Shown: positions 19,244 through 29,704, numbered from the stretch's first letter. The stretch: DNA of 64,000 bases from Bacteroidales bacterium (GCA_041584015.1 JBFHES010000001.1:2040-66039); one strand, 5' to 3'. Notes: a model not told the origin generated them from the letters alone. A program made the numbers and translations.

Positions 19244-22009
19244 TTATAATTTCTCAGCCTGTTTTTTAGCATCCTCAAGCACTTTATCTGCTTTTTCATC
19301 TGCTTCCTGTACCAGCCTGTCAGCTTTGTCTTTAGCTTCACTTCTTAACTTATCAGCAGCTTTTTTCGCCAATCTCTTTTCGATAATCGATTTCTTTTCT
19401 GCAGCCTTTTCTACTTTCAGCGCTTGATTCTCTGCTTCCTTTTTAATTTTCTCTGCCGTTTTGCGTGCTTCAGCTTTAATTTTCTCGGCTTTCTTTTCTG
19501 CATCCGCAATTAGCTTTGCGGCCTTTTCTTTAGCCTCATTTTTAAGCTTATCCTTTTGCTCGTCAATCTTAGCAGTAACAACTTCTTTTACCTGCTCTTT
19601 AGCTCCTTCAATTACCGAACCTCCGGTATCGCCAAGTTTAACGGCAAGTTTGGGATCACTTAAAGTACCCTTTACCAAAACATCAAAATTAATCTCATCG
19701 CCTAAGAACTTATCTATCCCTTTTGGCAACACGCCATCTGTTAACGATGTCATACTCGATTTTGGAACACTCATGGCGATTGTCGCATCTAAGCCACCAT
19801 CTATTTTCTGTTTACTCGATATTACCGCTTTAGAACTTCCAACCTTGGTTGTAAAAGGTTTTAACTCAAGAGTGCCATCCTGCATGACATACTGAACATC
19901 AACATTCTTAAGTTTCGGATTTTTTAGCGAGTTGGTCATCAATTTTTCTGACAACTGGGTAAAAAACTTAGCATTGCTAATGGCAATATTATTTGATGTA
20001 AATCTACCTTGGCTATTAACTGATGCCAGCAACGGCATCATTGATTGATCTAGCAAGCTATTGATCGTTAACTTGGCTGAGACTTTACCCTGACTGTATT
20101 TAGCAATTGGCGCCAACTTTTTAACAGTCACAAAACTCGCATAGGTTTCAGGAATATCAAAATCTGTGATATTAATTCCAAAATCGATCTCCGGCTTACT
20201 AACATCATAAGAGTCGTAGTATCCGTTTAGCAACATACTTCCGCCAAGCATTTGCATGGTTACCTTCTCCATATCAGCTTTTCCGTTTTTCAATTTAATC
20301 ACCCCTTCAAGTTGATCAATATTCATCGTGCCATAAACAATTCGCCCCAGACTCGCGGTCAGTGTCAAATCAAGATTCTTAGGAATTTCAATTACCGATA
20401 AAGCCGCAGTATCTTCTGCTGTAGCGGCAGCTTCCTCGGCCTCCTCTCCCATTAAAGAGCTGATATCTAAAAAAGTTGAAGCTATGGACAAACTTCCTTT
20501 AAGCACCTCATTATCTTTAAATGCATAAGGCAGGTAATTTTCAATGTGTCCTTGCAGACTCAAATCATTCTCACCAATGGTAGCATCAAAGTTGGTAAGA
20601 TTAATTTCTTGAGGACTAAAATTCATATTCGCCTGGCTAATAGACATACCGTCAGGTATATCAGGGCTGGTCATTTCGAAGTCTTGCAGTTTCATTTTTC
20701 CGTTTGCAGCGAACTTATGATATTCCTCATTTTCAATGGCTGACATTTGCCCCATCAATTTCAGACTAAAATCTACCACACCTTTAATATCGGTATCGTC
20801 TAACGGTATCACATCCCTTAATGAAGCAAAATCAATTCTTGCGTCTATTTGCCCATTAATGGCCGGATCGGACATTGGGGTTTTTAGCAGCAGATTCATA
20901 TCAAATGGATTCTGGCCCAGGTCAACATGAAACTTACTTATATCAATTGTAGTATTATCAAGGTCGCCTCCAGGGTTATTAATCTTAACATCAATATTTA
21001 CATTTTCTGCCGATCTTGGCAAGTCAGGATATTTAAAAAAGGCCTTATCCACTTTTAAATTAAAATCGAATCCAGGTATTTCTGTTTCGCTATACAAACC
21101 TTTTGCAGATCCGTTGAAAGCAACATTTCCAAAGGCTTGCAAGTCGCTAAAATCATTCATATAAACAGCAGGAACAAGCGACAAGAGTGGTTTGAATTCC
21201 GATCCCGGAGATGCAAACTTCAAATCCATATCAATATCTTCCGAAGGCATTGCCAACCATCCATCCAATGTTAACGGGAAGCTGTTTAATGAAATGCTAT
21301 TTTCTTTAAAAGTGAATTTGAACTGTTCCAGATCGAGAAACATGTTAATATCCATTACCACATTAGTTTGCGTTAAATAACTCAAACCTTCGTAAACAAA
21401 ATCAACGGCCGCAATCGTGCCATTTAGCTTAAGGTCGGTTGTATTTTCTGTAAAATCACCCTGCAATCCCATGCTAAAATCGTTCATTGCAAAGAGCATG
21501 TCCATGGTGTAATCATCATACACAACGATACCATGATTGATTTGAAAATGCTTTAAACTAAACTCCATATCAGAGGAAGTTGTATCGAGCTCTTCTACTG
21601 CTGGCTCATCTCCAGCCACTGCAATGTCGTAATTAGCAGCACCATCTTTTAGCACTTTAACAAACACAACCGGATCGTCTAACTGAATACGTTTAACAGA
21701 GATTTGGCTACCCTGCATTACTTTAAATAAATCAATATCTAACTCCATGTTTGGCAAATAAAGTAGTGTATCGCCCTGAAACTCATCAAGCCCTGAAACA
21801 GACAGATTCTGCATGGTAATGCAAAAATCAGGAAAGCTCTTGAACAAGGACAAATCTATATTTCCAAAATCTACCTCTGCATGAACACTCTTATTTACCT
21901 CAGCTTTTATTGTTTCAACAATTTTACCTTTAAAGATAAAAGGAAGCACAGCTATTACTGCAAATAGCACGACAAGAACAATTGCAAAAACTTTAAAGAA
22001 TTTCTTCAT
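19244..22009 (-). CDS. AsmA-family outer-membrane biogenesis protein with a C-terminal Lys/Ala/Glu-rich tail
   Basis: 921 aa with an N-terminal anchor MKKFFKVFAIVLVVLFAVIAVLPFIF and a long beta-rich body typical of AsmA/TamB-like proteins. The last ~105 aa are low-complexity KAEK repeats. Confidence 0.7.
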   Translation of the reverse strand: MKKFFKVFAIVLVVLFAVIAVLPFIFKGKIVETIKAEVNKSVHAEVDFGNIDLSLFKSFPDFCITMQNLSVSGLDEFQGDTLLYLPNMELDIDLFKVMQGSQISVKRIQLDDPVVFVKVLKDGAANYDIAVAGDEPAVEELDTTSSDMEFSLKHFQINHGIVVYDDYTMDMLFAMNDFSMGLQGDFTENTTDLKLNGTIAAVDFVYEGLSYLTQTNVVMDINMFLDLEQFKFTFKENSISLNSFPLTLDGWLAMPSEDIDMDLKFASPGSEFKPLLSLVPAVYMNDFSDLQAFGNVAFNGSAKGLYSETEIPGFDFNLKVDKAFFKYPDLPRSAENVNIDVKINNPGGDLDNTTIDISKFHVDLGQNPFDMNLLLKTPMSDPAINGQIDARIDFASLRDVIPLDDTDIKGVVDFSLKLMGQMSAIENEEYHKFAANGKMKLQDFEMTSPDIPDGMSISQANMNFSPQEINLTNFDATIGENDLSLQGHIENYLPYAFKDNEVLKGSLSIASTFLDISSLMGEEAEEAAATAEDTAALSVIEIPKNLDLTLTASLGRIVYGTMNIDQLEGVIKLKNGKADMEKVTMQMLGGSMLLNGYYDSYDVSKPEIDFGINITDFDIPETYASFVTVKKLAPIAKYSQGKVSAKLTINSLLDQSMMPLLASVNSQGRFTSNNIAISNAKFFTQLSEKLMTNSLKNPKLKNVDVQYVMQDGTLELKPFTTKVGSSKAVISSKQKIDGGLDATIAMSVPKSSMTSLTDGVLPKGIDKFLGDEINFDVLVKGTLSDPKLAVKLGDTGGSVIEGAKEQVKEVVTAKIDEQKDKLKNEAKEKAAKLIADAEKKAEKIKAEARKTAEKIKKEAENQALKVEKAAEKKSIIEKRLAKKAADKLRSEAKDKADRLVQEADEKADKVLEDAKKQAEKL

Positions 22010-22255
22010 AGTGGATGGCGTTTAATTTAATCTCAAAAATAAAAAACTTATAGCGTCTGCTTACGCATTAGGTAATTGTTTTTAACTCTTCTTATCGATT
22101 TTTGTTTTAATTCAACATGCATTTAATCAAAATACTACACTTTCCTTCCTTCATCGAATTATTGAGTAAGCGAAATGCTAAAAACTGTTAAGTTCCGCTT
22201 GCACTTGAACCAGTTTTCAGAAACGCTGTTTCTATTGCATAAAACATGATAAAAA

Positions 22256-22789
22256 ATGAATATGACTAAAGTAAGAATCATCATGAGTATTTGCCTCGCC
22301 CTAATTATTAGTATGGCAGAAGCTCAAAGTATTGACAGTAGTAAATCAAAAGTAGCTTTTGCCATTGGCAATATGAAGTTTAAAACAGTTGAAGGAACAT
22401 TTACCGGTATGAGTGGTAATCTTAAATTTAACACATCTGAAATTAGCCAAGCTAGCTTTGATGTTTGCATTATGGCCAATACGGTTAACACCAACAATGC
22501 TAAAAGAGACGATCATTTGCGTAACGAAGACTTTTTTGATGTTGAGAAATATCCATCAATTTGTTTTAATTCCACATCTGTTCAAAAAACAACAAAAGGA
22601 TACCTCACCAAAGGGAAGCTTACCATGCATGGAGTAAGTAAGGAAATTGAAATTCCATTTTCAATAAAAGGCAATAGCCTGGAAGGACAATTCTCCATTA
22701 GCCGTTATGATTACAATGTTGGCACCGACACTGGCACATTCATGGTTTCAGAAGATGTAGAAATAACCATTACTTGCGTGCTCAAATAA
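22256..22789 (+). CDS. YceI-family periplasmic polyisoprenoid-binding protein
   Basis: Signal peptide followed by YceI-like motifs (SKVAFAIGNMKFKTVEGTFTGMSGNLKF, NAKRDDHLRNEDFFDVEKYP, LTMHGVSKEIEIPF). Confidence 0.8.
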   Translation: MNMTKVRIIMSICLALIISMAEAQSIDSSKSKVAFAIGNMKFKTVEGTFTGMSGNLKFNTSEISQASFDVCIMANTVNTNNAKRDDHLRNEDFFDVEKYPSICFNSTSVQKTTKGYLTKGKLTMHGVSKEIEIPFSIKGNSLEGQFSISRYDYNVGTDTGTFMVSEDVEITITCVLK

Positions 22790-22855
22790 CATCATGATTG
22801 TTTGAACATAATCATCTGCATAGCACAAAACAAATAAACCTTTAAATGAAAAATT

Positions 22856-23983
22856 ATGACCAAATCGAATAGTAGACGAAGCTTTTTACAAAAGATAGCA
22901 GCAGTAACCAGCGGAGCGGTTTTAGCGTCCAAAGGTGGTTTTTCATTTAACAACAAACCTTCCATGAAAAAAGATACAATCAAAGAAATAAAGCCTTTGG
23001 GTTTTCAATGGGAAACAAGCGATCCATTTTTGTTTTGCGTTCATCATGAAGATTTTTTCCCAAAAGGAAATAAAGACATGGGACCGGCAGTTAGCCTTGC
23101 CGGTCGCCAGATAGGGCAAGACTTTCTAATAAAAGACGGATGGCGCATGTATCATGGCGAAAAGGTTCCCGGCTTTCCGGGTCATCCACATCGAGGTTTT
23201 GAAACAATTACGGTTGTTCGAAAAGGCATGGTAGATCATACCGACTCGCAGGGTGCAGCAGGCAGATATGGAGATGGAGACGTTCAATGGATGACAGCCG
23301 GAAAAGGTTTACTGCATGCGGAAATGTTTCCTCTTATTCATGAAACCAAGGAAAACCCAATGGAGTTATTCCAGATTTGGTTGAACCTGCCAAAGGCAAG
23401 CAAATTTGTTGAGCCTCATTTTAAAATGCTATGGGCCGATACTATTCCTAAATATCAGCATAAGGATGAAAACGGTCGTACCACAAACATTGAAGTAATT
23501 GCTGGCAATATCCAAAACAACTTTGCACCGGCTCCACCACCTAATTCCTGGGCTGCGAATAAAGAGAATGAAGTTGCCATTTGGAATATTCAAATGGAAC
23601 CAAATGCAAGCTGGACACTTCCAGGAGCCGACGCAAATATTAATAGAACACTATATTTTTACAAAGGAGATGAACTTCTAATTGGCAATCAATCGCTCGC
23701 ATATTATCATTCGGCACAAATTGATGCCGAGGTCGGAATTACCTTGACAAGCGGCAACGAGGAATGTAAAATCCTGATTCTTCAGGGAAAGCCAATTGGA
23801 GAGCCAGTGGTGCAGCATGGCCCATTTGTTATGAACACAAAAGAAGAAATTCAACAAGCTTTTAAAGATTATCAGGAAACCGAATTTGGTGGCTGGCCAT
23901 GGCCAGTTATGGGACCCGTTCATCCGAGAGAAAAAGGGCGATTCGCGTCACATGCCGATGGTAGGATTGAAACAAAAAGCTAA
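22856..23983 (+). CDS. Pirin-family cupin protein with an N-terminal twin-arginine (Tat) signal
   Basis: SRRSFLQKIAAVTSGAVLAS matches S/T-R-R-x-F-L-K followed by an h-region. The pirin cupin motif is GFPGHPHRGFETITVVRKG, with QIWLNLP. Confidence 0.85.
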   Translation: MTKSNSRRSFLQKIAAVTSGAVLASKGGFSFNNKPSMKKDTIKEIKPLGFQWETSDPFLFCVHHEDFFPKGNKDMGPAVSLAGRQIGQDFLIKDGWRMYHGEKVPGFPGHPHRGFETITVVRKGMVDHTDSQGAAGRYGDGDVQWMTAGKGLLHAEMFPLIHETKENPMELFQIWLNLPKASKFVEPHFKMLWADTIPKYQHKDENGRTTNIEVIAGNIQNNFAPAPPPNSWAANKENEVAIWNIQMEPNASWTLPGADANINRTLYFYKGDELLIGNQSLAYYHSAQIDAEVGITLTSGNEECKILILQGKPIGEPVVQHGPFVMNTKEEIQQAFKDYQETEFGGWPWPVMGPVHPREKGRFASHADGRIETKS

Positions 23984-24041
23984 TAGTATCGCCAGAAAAT
24001 AAAAAACAGATAAGTTATCTTTAGGCTCTATTTGAAATATC

Positions 24042-24695
24042 ATGACAGAGCAACTCATAATTGACAAAACAGTCGTATTTGTAAAAGCTACACTTGCTAA
24101 TGCTGAAGGCGGACATGACTGGTGGCATATTTACCGCGTATGGAAACTAGCCAAACAGATAGCTGCAAAAGAAGAGGTTAATTTATTTGTTGTTGAGCTT
24201 GGTGCATTGCTGCACGACATTGCCGACTCAAAATTTAACAACGGATATGAAAGCATTGGCCCTCTAAAAACAAGAACCTTTCTCAGCTCCCTAAATCTGG
24301 ATAAACAACTGATCGATCATATCGAAAACATTGTTAGCCACGTTTCATTTAAAGGAGGCAATCTTGAACAAACTTTTAAATCACCGGAGCTGGATGTTAT
24401 TCAGGATGCTGACAGACTAGATGCTATGGGTGCGGTCGGTATTGCCCGAACCTTTAATTATGGTGGATTTAAAAACCGATTGCTTTACGATCCGGCGATT
24501 GAGCCAAACCTGCACATGACTAAAGAAGAGTACAAAAGAAGTACGGCTCCAACCATCAATCACTTCTACGAAAAGTTACTTTTGTTAAAAGACAGAATGA
24601 ACACCGCATCAGGTAAGGAATTGGCTCAACAACGACATAAATTCATGGAAAACTATCTTGAACAATTTTTCAACGAATGGAATGGAAATTTATAA
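24042..24695 (+). CDS. HD-domain metal-dependent phosphohydrolase
   Basis: GGHDWWHIYRV, LLHDIAD and IQDADRLDAMGAVG are typical of YedJ-like HD proteins. Confidence 0.8.
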   Translation: MTEQLIIDKTVVFVKATLANAEGGHDWWHIYRVWKLAKQIAAKEEVNLFVVELGALLHDIADSKFNNGYESIGPLKTRTFLSSLNLDKQLIDHIENIVSHVSFKGGNLEQTFKSPELDVIQDADRLDAMGAVGIARTFNYGGFKNRLLYDPAIEPNLHMTKEEYKRSTAPTINHFYEKLLLLKDRMNTASGKELAQQRHKFMENYLEQFFNEWNGNL

Positions 24696-24835
24696 AAAAT
24701 TGCTGTTATTTAACAAGCAAATAAATTAATCAATTATTTATAACTTTTTAAAGTTCTGACCGTAACAGCCTGCACAACCATGAGAGGTCAATAGTAGCCT
24801 TTTGTTAATATGGTTAACACTGATAAGAGTTAGCG

Positions 24836-25114
24836 ATGCGACAATTAATTATGACAAACAGCAAACAACAAACGAACACCAGCAACAACTTTGTATGTCC
24901 CAAAATGGATAATTGTCCTATATTTCAAAATAACATATTAAATAAAACCACCGGAGAAACCTATAAGGAGCTTTATTGTAAAAACGAAAAAACGCATACA
25001 AGCTGTAAGCGATTTATCATCTCAGAAACAACAGGCTCATCAGCTCCTAATTATGTTTTACCCAATTGCAATTTAAGCATCTCTGAAATTATTATTAGAT
25101 CACGCGATAGCTAG
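24836..25114 (+). CDS. Hypothetical small Cys-rich protein
   Basis: The only ORF in a 555-bp gap. It has a four-Cys pattern, CPKMDNCP...YCKNEKTHTSCKRF, that could bind metal. I recognise no homology, and the start could be M6 at 24851. Confidence 0.3.
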   Translation: MRQLIMTNSKQQTNTSNNFVCPKMDNCPIFQNNILNKTTGETYKELYCKNEKTHTSCKRFIISETTGSSAPNYVLPNCNLSISEIIIRSRDS

Positions 25115-25229
25115 CATCTAGTTATTGCTACCACCCTGTATTACAGCTTCCATGCTGGCCACCAGAAATTAACTCCGTTTGTTTTACAATGAAAAGTCAT
25201 TTTCTCGGTTATCACTCCGTGAACATTAC

Positions 25230-25237
25230 TAAATTTG
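25230..25237 (+). promoter_or_regulatory. Candidate -7 box TAAATTTG for murF-alr
   Basis: Exact TAnnTTTG match ending 13 nt before the ATG at 25251. Confidence 0.45.
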
Positions 25238-25250
25238 CAAAAAAAATGAT

Positions 25251-27710
25251 ATGGCTACTTATCTGTTTCAAGAAATATCAAACGCTATTAAAGGCGAATA
25301 TCACGGCACATCCAATCCTCCTATATCAAATTTAATTACCGATAGTAGAACGTATTTTAACGCTGAGGAATCAGTATTTTTTGCCATAAAAGGAATTCGA
25401 CATGACGGTCATCATCACCTGAAAGAATTGTTTCAGAAAGGCATTCGAAATTTTATCATCTCGAACCGCGACATAGTTTTTGATGAATTTCCGGAATGTA
25501 ACTTTGCTGTTGTGCAGAACACAACAGATGCATTGCAAGCATTGGCTGCCTGGCATCGGAAACAGTTCGATATTCCTGTAATTGGCATTACGGGTAGTAA
25601 CGGAAAAACCATCATTAAGGAATGGCTATTTCATTTACTTGAAGATGAGAAGAAAACCATTCGTAGTCCGAAGAGTTACAACTCCCAAATAGGAGTACCG
25701 CTATCTGTTTGGATGATGGAAGAGGAACATGAACTGGCGATATTTGAGGCAGGTATTTCTCAGGCCGGAGAGATGCAGAAACTTAAATCGATAATTGCTC
25801 CAACCATAGGCATCTTTTCAAATATTGGCGAACCACATCAAGCAAACTTTATTGATTACAAGCACAAAATATCGGAAAAGCTAAAGCTGTTTGAAAGCTG
25901 CGACATACTTATTTACAGTCGCGACTACAGTTTAATTGAAAGCCAAATACGATCTAATTACAATTTCGATAACACAAAACTATTTTGTTGGTCGCGTAAG
26001 TTCCCATCAGATTTGTTCATATCACGAATTGAGAAGCAAGATGGACATTCGAAGCTTTATGCAAAATATCAAAACAAAGAAATTAGCATTGACATTCCGT
26101 TTATAGATGAAGCCTCGATAGAAAATGCAATCCATTGCTGGGCACTACTGCTTTTGTCGTTGGATAATGAAAGCATTAGTAATAAGATGAAAGACCTGGC
26201 ACCTATTGCCATGCGTCTGGAACTAAAAGAAGGCATAAACGATTGTACCATCATTAATGACAGTTATAACTCTGACCTTGGTTCGCTTAGTATCGCCCTC
26301 GATTTTTTAAATCAACAACATCAGCATAAAAAAAAGACACTAATAATAAGCGACATACTGCAAAGTGGTAAAGATGAAACCGGGCTGTACAAAGAAGTAT
26401 CTGATCTGGTACATGGAAAAAACATTACCCGTGTAATTGGCATTGGTGAGGCCATTAGTCGCAACATGAATTTCTTTAAAACAGAAACATCGAGCTTTAA
26501 AACAACCAACGAGTTTCTTGAGAAGTTAAACAAAGAAGGTTTTAAAGATGAGGCTATTTTGCTCAAAGGTTCCAGAACCTTTGAGTTTGAACGCATCTCA
26601 AATAGTTTGCAACACAAAGCGCACCGAACAGTTTTGGAGATTAATTTAAACGGGATTGTCAATAATCTGAATTATTTTAAATCTTTGCTAAAGCCTGAAA
26701 CCAAAGTAATGATCATGGTAAAGGCGTTCTCCTATGGAAGCGGCACTTACGAAATAGCCAACATCCTTCAGTATAATAAAGTCGATTATCTGGGAGTAGC
26801 ATTTGCCGATGAAGGGGTTGCACTCCGAAAGGCGGGCATTTCAATTCCTATTTTGGTAATGAATCCGGAAGAGCAGAGCTTCGAGTCGATGATCGAGTAC
26901 AACCTGGAACCTGAGATCTATTCATTCAGAACATTAAATTTCTTTAGTGAAGCTGTTAAGCGTTTTGGCATTGACCTGTACCCTGTTCATTTAAAAATGG
27001 AAACTGGTATGAATCGTCTTGGCTTTGAAGAAAGCGACCTTCCTAAATTAATTGAGGAACTAAAGAATATGAATTACCTGCGCGTTAGCTCAATATTCTC
27101 GCATTTGGCTGCCAGCGATGATGCTGTTCACGATGGCTTTACAGAAAAGCAATTCGCCAAATTTGATGGCATGAGCAAGCAAATCCAGGAGCAATTCAAA
27201 TACAAAATATACCGTCACCTGCTAAATTCTGCCGGTGTCGAACGTTTCCCAAATTATCAGTTAGACATGGTACGTCTGGGTATCGGACTCTATGGTATCA
27301 GTCATGCAGGAAATAAGCTTACGAATGTGAGTACACTCAAAAGTAAGATTTCGCAAATCAAACATATTCGGAAAGGCGAAACAATTGGTTATAGCCGACG
27401 TGGTGTAACCGAGCGTGATTCAAGAATAGCAATTGTTCCCATTGGATACTCCGACGGACTTAGTCGTGCGCTTAGTAACGGTGTTGGAAAAGTGTGGATC
27501 AATAACAAGAAGGTTCCAATAATTGGTAATATTTGCATGGATATGTGCATGATTGACATTAGCGATCTGGCAGCCAGCGAAGGAGACGAAGTGATTATAT
27601 TTGGAGCACAAATTCCACTTACAGAAATGGCTTCCACCTTAAAAACCATTCCTTACGAAATAATGACAGGAATTTCTAAGCGTGTAAAAAGAGTTTATAT
27701 TTACGAATAA
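25251..27710 (+). CDS. murF-alr: Bifunctional UDP-MurNAc-tripeptide--D-Ala-D-Ala ligase (MurF) / alanine racemase (Alr) fusion
   Basis: The N-terminal Mur ligase has the P-loop GITGSNGKTIIKEW. The C-terminal ~370 aa are alanine racemase, with the PLP-Lys context MVKAFSYGSG, then RLGIGLYG, GYSDG and CMDMCMIDI. Confidence 0.9.
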   Translation: MATYLFQEISNAIKGEYHGTSNPPISNLITDSRTYFNAEESVFFAIKGIRHDGHHHLKELFQKGIRNFIISNRDIVFDEFPECNFAVVQNTTDALQALAAWHRKQFDIPVIGITGSNGKTIIKEWLFHLLEDEKKTIRSPKSYNSQIGVPLSVWMMEEEHELAIFEAGISQAGEMQKLKSIIAPTIGIFSNIGEPHQANFIDYKHKISEKLKLFESCDILIYSRDYSLIESQIRSNYNFDNTKLFCWSRKFPSDLFISRIEKQDGHSKLYAKYQNKEISIDIPFIDEASIENAIHCWALLLLSLDNESISNKMKDLAPIAMRLELKEGINDCTIINDSYNSDLGSLSIALDFLNQQHQHKKKTLIISDILQSGKDETGLYKEVSDLVHGKNITRVIGIGEAISRNMNFFKTETSSFKTTNEFLEKLNKEGFKDEAILLKGSRTFEFERISNSLQHKAHRTVLEINLNGIVNNLNYFKSLLKPETKVMIMVKAFSYGSGTYEIANILQYNKVDYLGVAFADEGVALRKAGISIPILVMNPEEQSFESMIEYNLEPEIYSFRTLNFFSEAVKRFGIDLYPVHLKMETGMNRLGFEESDLPKLIEELKNMNYLRVSSIFSHLAASDDAVHDGFTEKQFAKFDGMSKQIQEQFKYKIYRHLLNSAGVERFPNYQLDMVRLGIGLYGISHAGNKLTNVSTLKSKISQIKHIRKGETIGYSRRGVTERDSRIAIVPIGYSDGLSRALSNGVGKVWINNKKVPIIGNICMDMCMIDISDLAASEGDEVIIFGAQIPLTEMASTLKTIPYEIMTGISKRVKRVYIYE

Positions 27711-27732
27711 TTCAGAAGAAGACAACAGAGCA

Positions 27733-28497
27733 ATGCCCCAGCTATCAGCAGTTATAATAACCTTTAACGAGGAGCGGAACATTAAACGCTGCATTAATGC
27801 AGCTTTAAAGGTTGCTGATGACATTGTAGTTGTTGATTCCTTCTCTACCGACAAAACTCAAGAAATTTGCAAATCGTTAAATGTCAGATTTATTCAGCAC
27901 GAATTTGATGGGCATATTGAGCAAAAAAACTGGGCCATATCCCAGGCTAAATTCCCTCACATCCTATCGCTTGATGCTGACGAAGTGCTAACTGATGAAT
28001 TGGCGACCTCAATACTTAAGGTTAAAGAAGACTGGAATGCGGATGGTTATTCGTTTAACCGGCTGACCAACTATTGCGGTAAGTGGGTGAAACATGGTGG
28101 ATGGTACCCTGACAAGAAATTACGTTTATGGGATAGCCGCAAAGGAGCCTGGACGGGAGAGAATCCACACGACAAGTATGAACTATCAGCGGGTTCTAAT
28201 CAAGCACATTTAAAGGGTGACTTACTACACTATTCGTTTTATTCTGTAGATGATCATCTTAAACAAATAAATAAATTTTCGGAGTTGGCGGCACAAGCTC
28301 GATTTAAGAAAGGCAAGAAAACCAACCTACTCAAAATATTAATTAAACCATTGGCACGCTTTATAAAAGGCTACATAATCCGTTTCGGGTTTTTAGATGG
28401 CTATTATGGTTTTGTTATTCATCATTTGTCTATGTACGCCATTTTTCTGCGACACATTAAACTTCGTGAAATGTGGAAAACTGAGAAGCACAATTAG
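27733..28497 (+). CDS. Family 2 glycosyltransferase (LPS core type)
   Basis: LSAVIITFNEERNI, VVVDSFSTD and the DxD motif LSLDADE. Confidence 0.8.
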   Translation: MPQLSAVIITFNEERNIKRCINAALKVADDIVVVDSFSTDKTQEICKSLNVRFIQHEFDGHIEQKNWAISQAKFPHILSLDADEVLTDELATSILKVKEDWNADGYSFNRLTNYCGKWVKHGGWYPDKKLRLWDSRKGAWTGENPHDKYELSAGSNQAHLKGDLLHYSFYSVDDHLKQINKFSELAAQARFKKGKKTNLLKILIKPLARFIKGYIIRFGFLDGYYGFVIHHLSMYAIFLRHIKLREMWKTEKHN

Positions 28498-28499
28498 GC

Positions 28500-29603
28500 A
28501 TGACTACACCAAACAAAAACATTGTTTTATTCAATAGCACCATAGCATGGGGTGGTGGCGAAAAATGGCATTTCGATGTTGCAAAGTCACTGTCCGAAGC
28601 GGGTTGGACGGTAACCGTGTTTTGCCACAAAAAAAGTGAACTTCGACTTCGCTTAAAACAAGCCAGAGTAAACTTACAGGCTGTAAGCATTTCAAATCTT
28701 TCGTTCGTAAATCCAATAAAGATAAGGAAGCTTTGCATGTTGCTTAAACAAACTGGAGCTTCTACGATATTAATGAATTTATCAGCAGATGTAAAAGCAG
28801 CAGGAATTGCTGCTAAACGAGCTGGTTTCAACAATATAATATACAGAAGAGGGAGCGCCATTCCTATAAAAAACACCTGGCTGAACAGGTATTTATTCGC
28901 TAAAATCATAACCAATATTCTAGCCAACTCAGAGGCGACCAAAGCAACAATAAACGAAAAAAACCCAAAGCTATTCAATCCTGATAAAATCCAAGTCATC
29001 TACAACGGTCTTAGAATAAACGAATTTATTGACAATAAAAATGCGCCAATCTACCAACGAGAGAATAATGAGCTAATTATTGGGAATGCAGGTCGCTTGG
29101 TTGAACAAAAAAACCAGAAAGCACTAATTCAATTGGCCAGCTTATTAAAGTCAAATAATGTTGACTTTAAAATGCTTATCGCTGGAGATGGTCCCATGAG
29201 AAAAGAGTTGGAACAACAGTGCAAGGAACTGCAAGTCGAAGAGCAAGTTGTTTTCCTTGGTTTCCAGAAAGACATCAGACCATTCCTGCAATCCATCGAC
29301 ATATTTGTACTTACTTCGTTTTGGGAAGGCTTTGGTTATGTTTTAGCAGAAGCCATGCTGTATAAAAAACCACTGATTGGATTCGATTTAAGCTCAAACC
29401 CCGAGTTGATTCAACACAAGCTTAACGGTTTTCTTATTGATCCAAACAACACTAAAGCACTTGCGGAATCAATAGAAGCATTAAACGCTAACAGAGCAGC
29501 AATAGATGTCATGGGTGCCGCAGGTTTTAAGATAGCCAACGAAAAGTTTGATTTCAACAAAAACCTGAAACTAGTTGAAAGTTGGTTGCTCACCTTAACT
29601 TAA
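28500..29603 (+). CDS. Family 4 (GT-B, group 1) glycosyltransferase
   Basis: Starts 2 nt after the GT2 stop. The C-terminal domain has GRLVEQKN and the E-x7-E region FVLTSFWEGFGYVLAEAM. Confidence 0.8.
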   Translation: MTTPNKNIVLFNSTIAWGGGEKWHFDVAKSLSEAGWTVTVFCHKKSELRLRLKQARVNLQAVSISNLSFVNPIKIRKLCMLLKQTGASTILMNLSADVKAAGIAAKRAGFNNIIYRRGSAIPIKNTWLNRYLFAKIITNILANSEATKATINEKNPKLFNPDKIQVIYNGLRINEFIDNKNAPIYQRENNELIIGNAGRLVEQKNQKALIQLASLLKSNNVDFKMLIAGDGPMRKELEQQCKELQVEEQVVFLGFQKDIRPFLQSIDIFVLTSFWEGFGYVLAEAMLYKKPLIGFDLSSNPELIQHKLNGFLIDPNNTKALAESIEALNANRAAIDVMGAAGFKIANEKFDFNKNLKLVESWLLTLT

Positions 29604-29704
29604 AGCGGGCTAAAAAATCACACCACATTCGCCAAAGCTTCTAAAAAGCACAAAACCACTCCAGACTATTTCTGAAATGGTTTTGCAAGTATATCATCAG
29701 ATGT

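Noticed and set aside
28457-28999. 180-aa minus-strand ORF
   Set aside because: It is antisense to the GT4 glycosyltransferase gene (and to the end of the GT2 gene), which have clear motifs. No motif or signal supports it.
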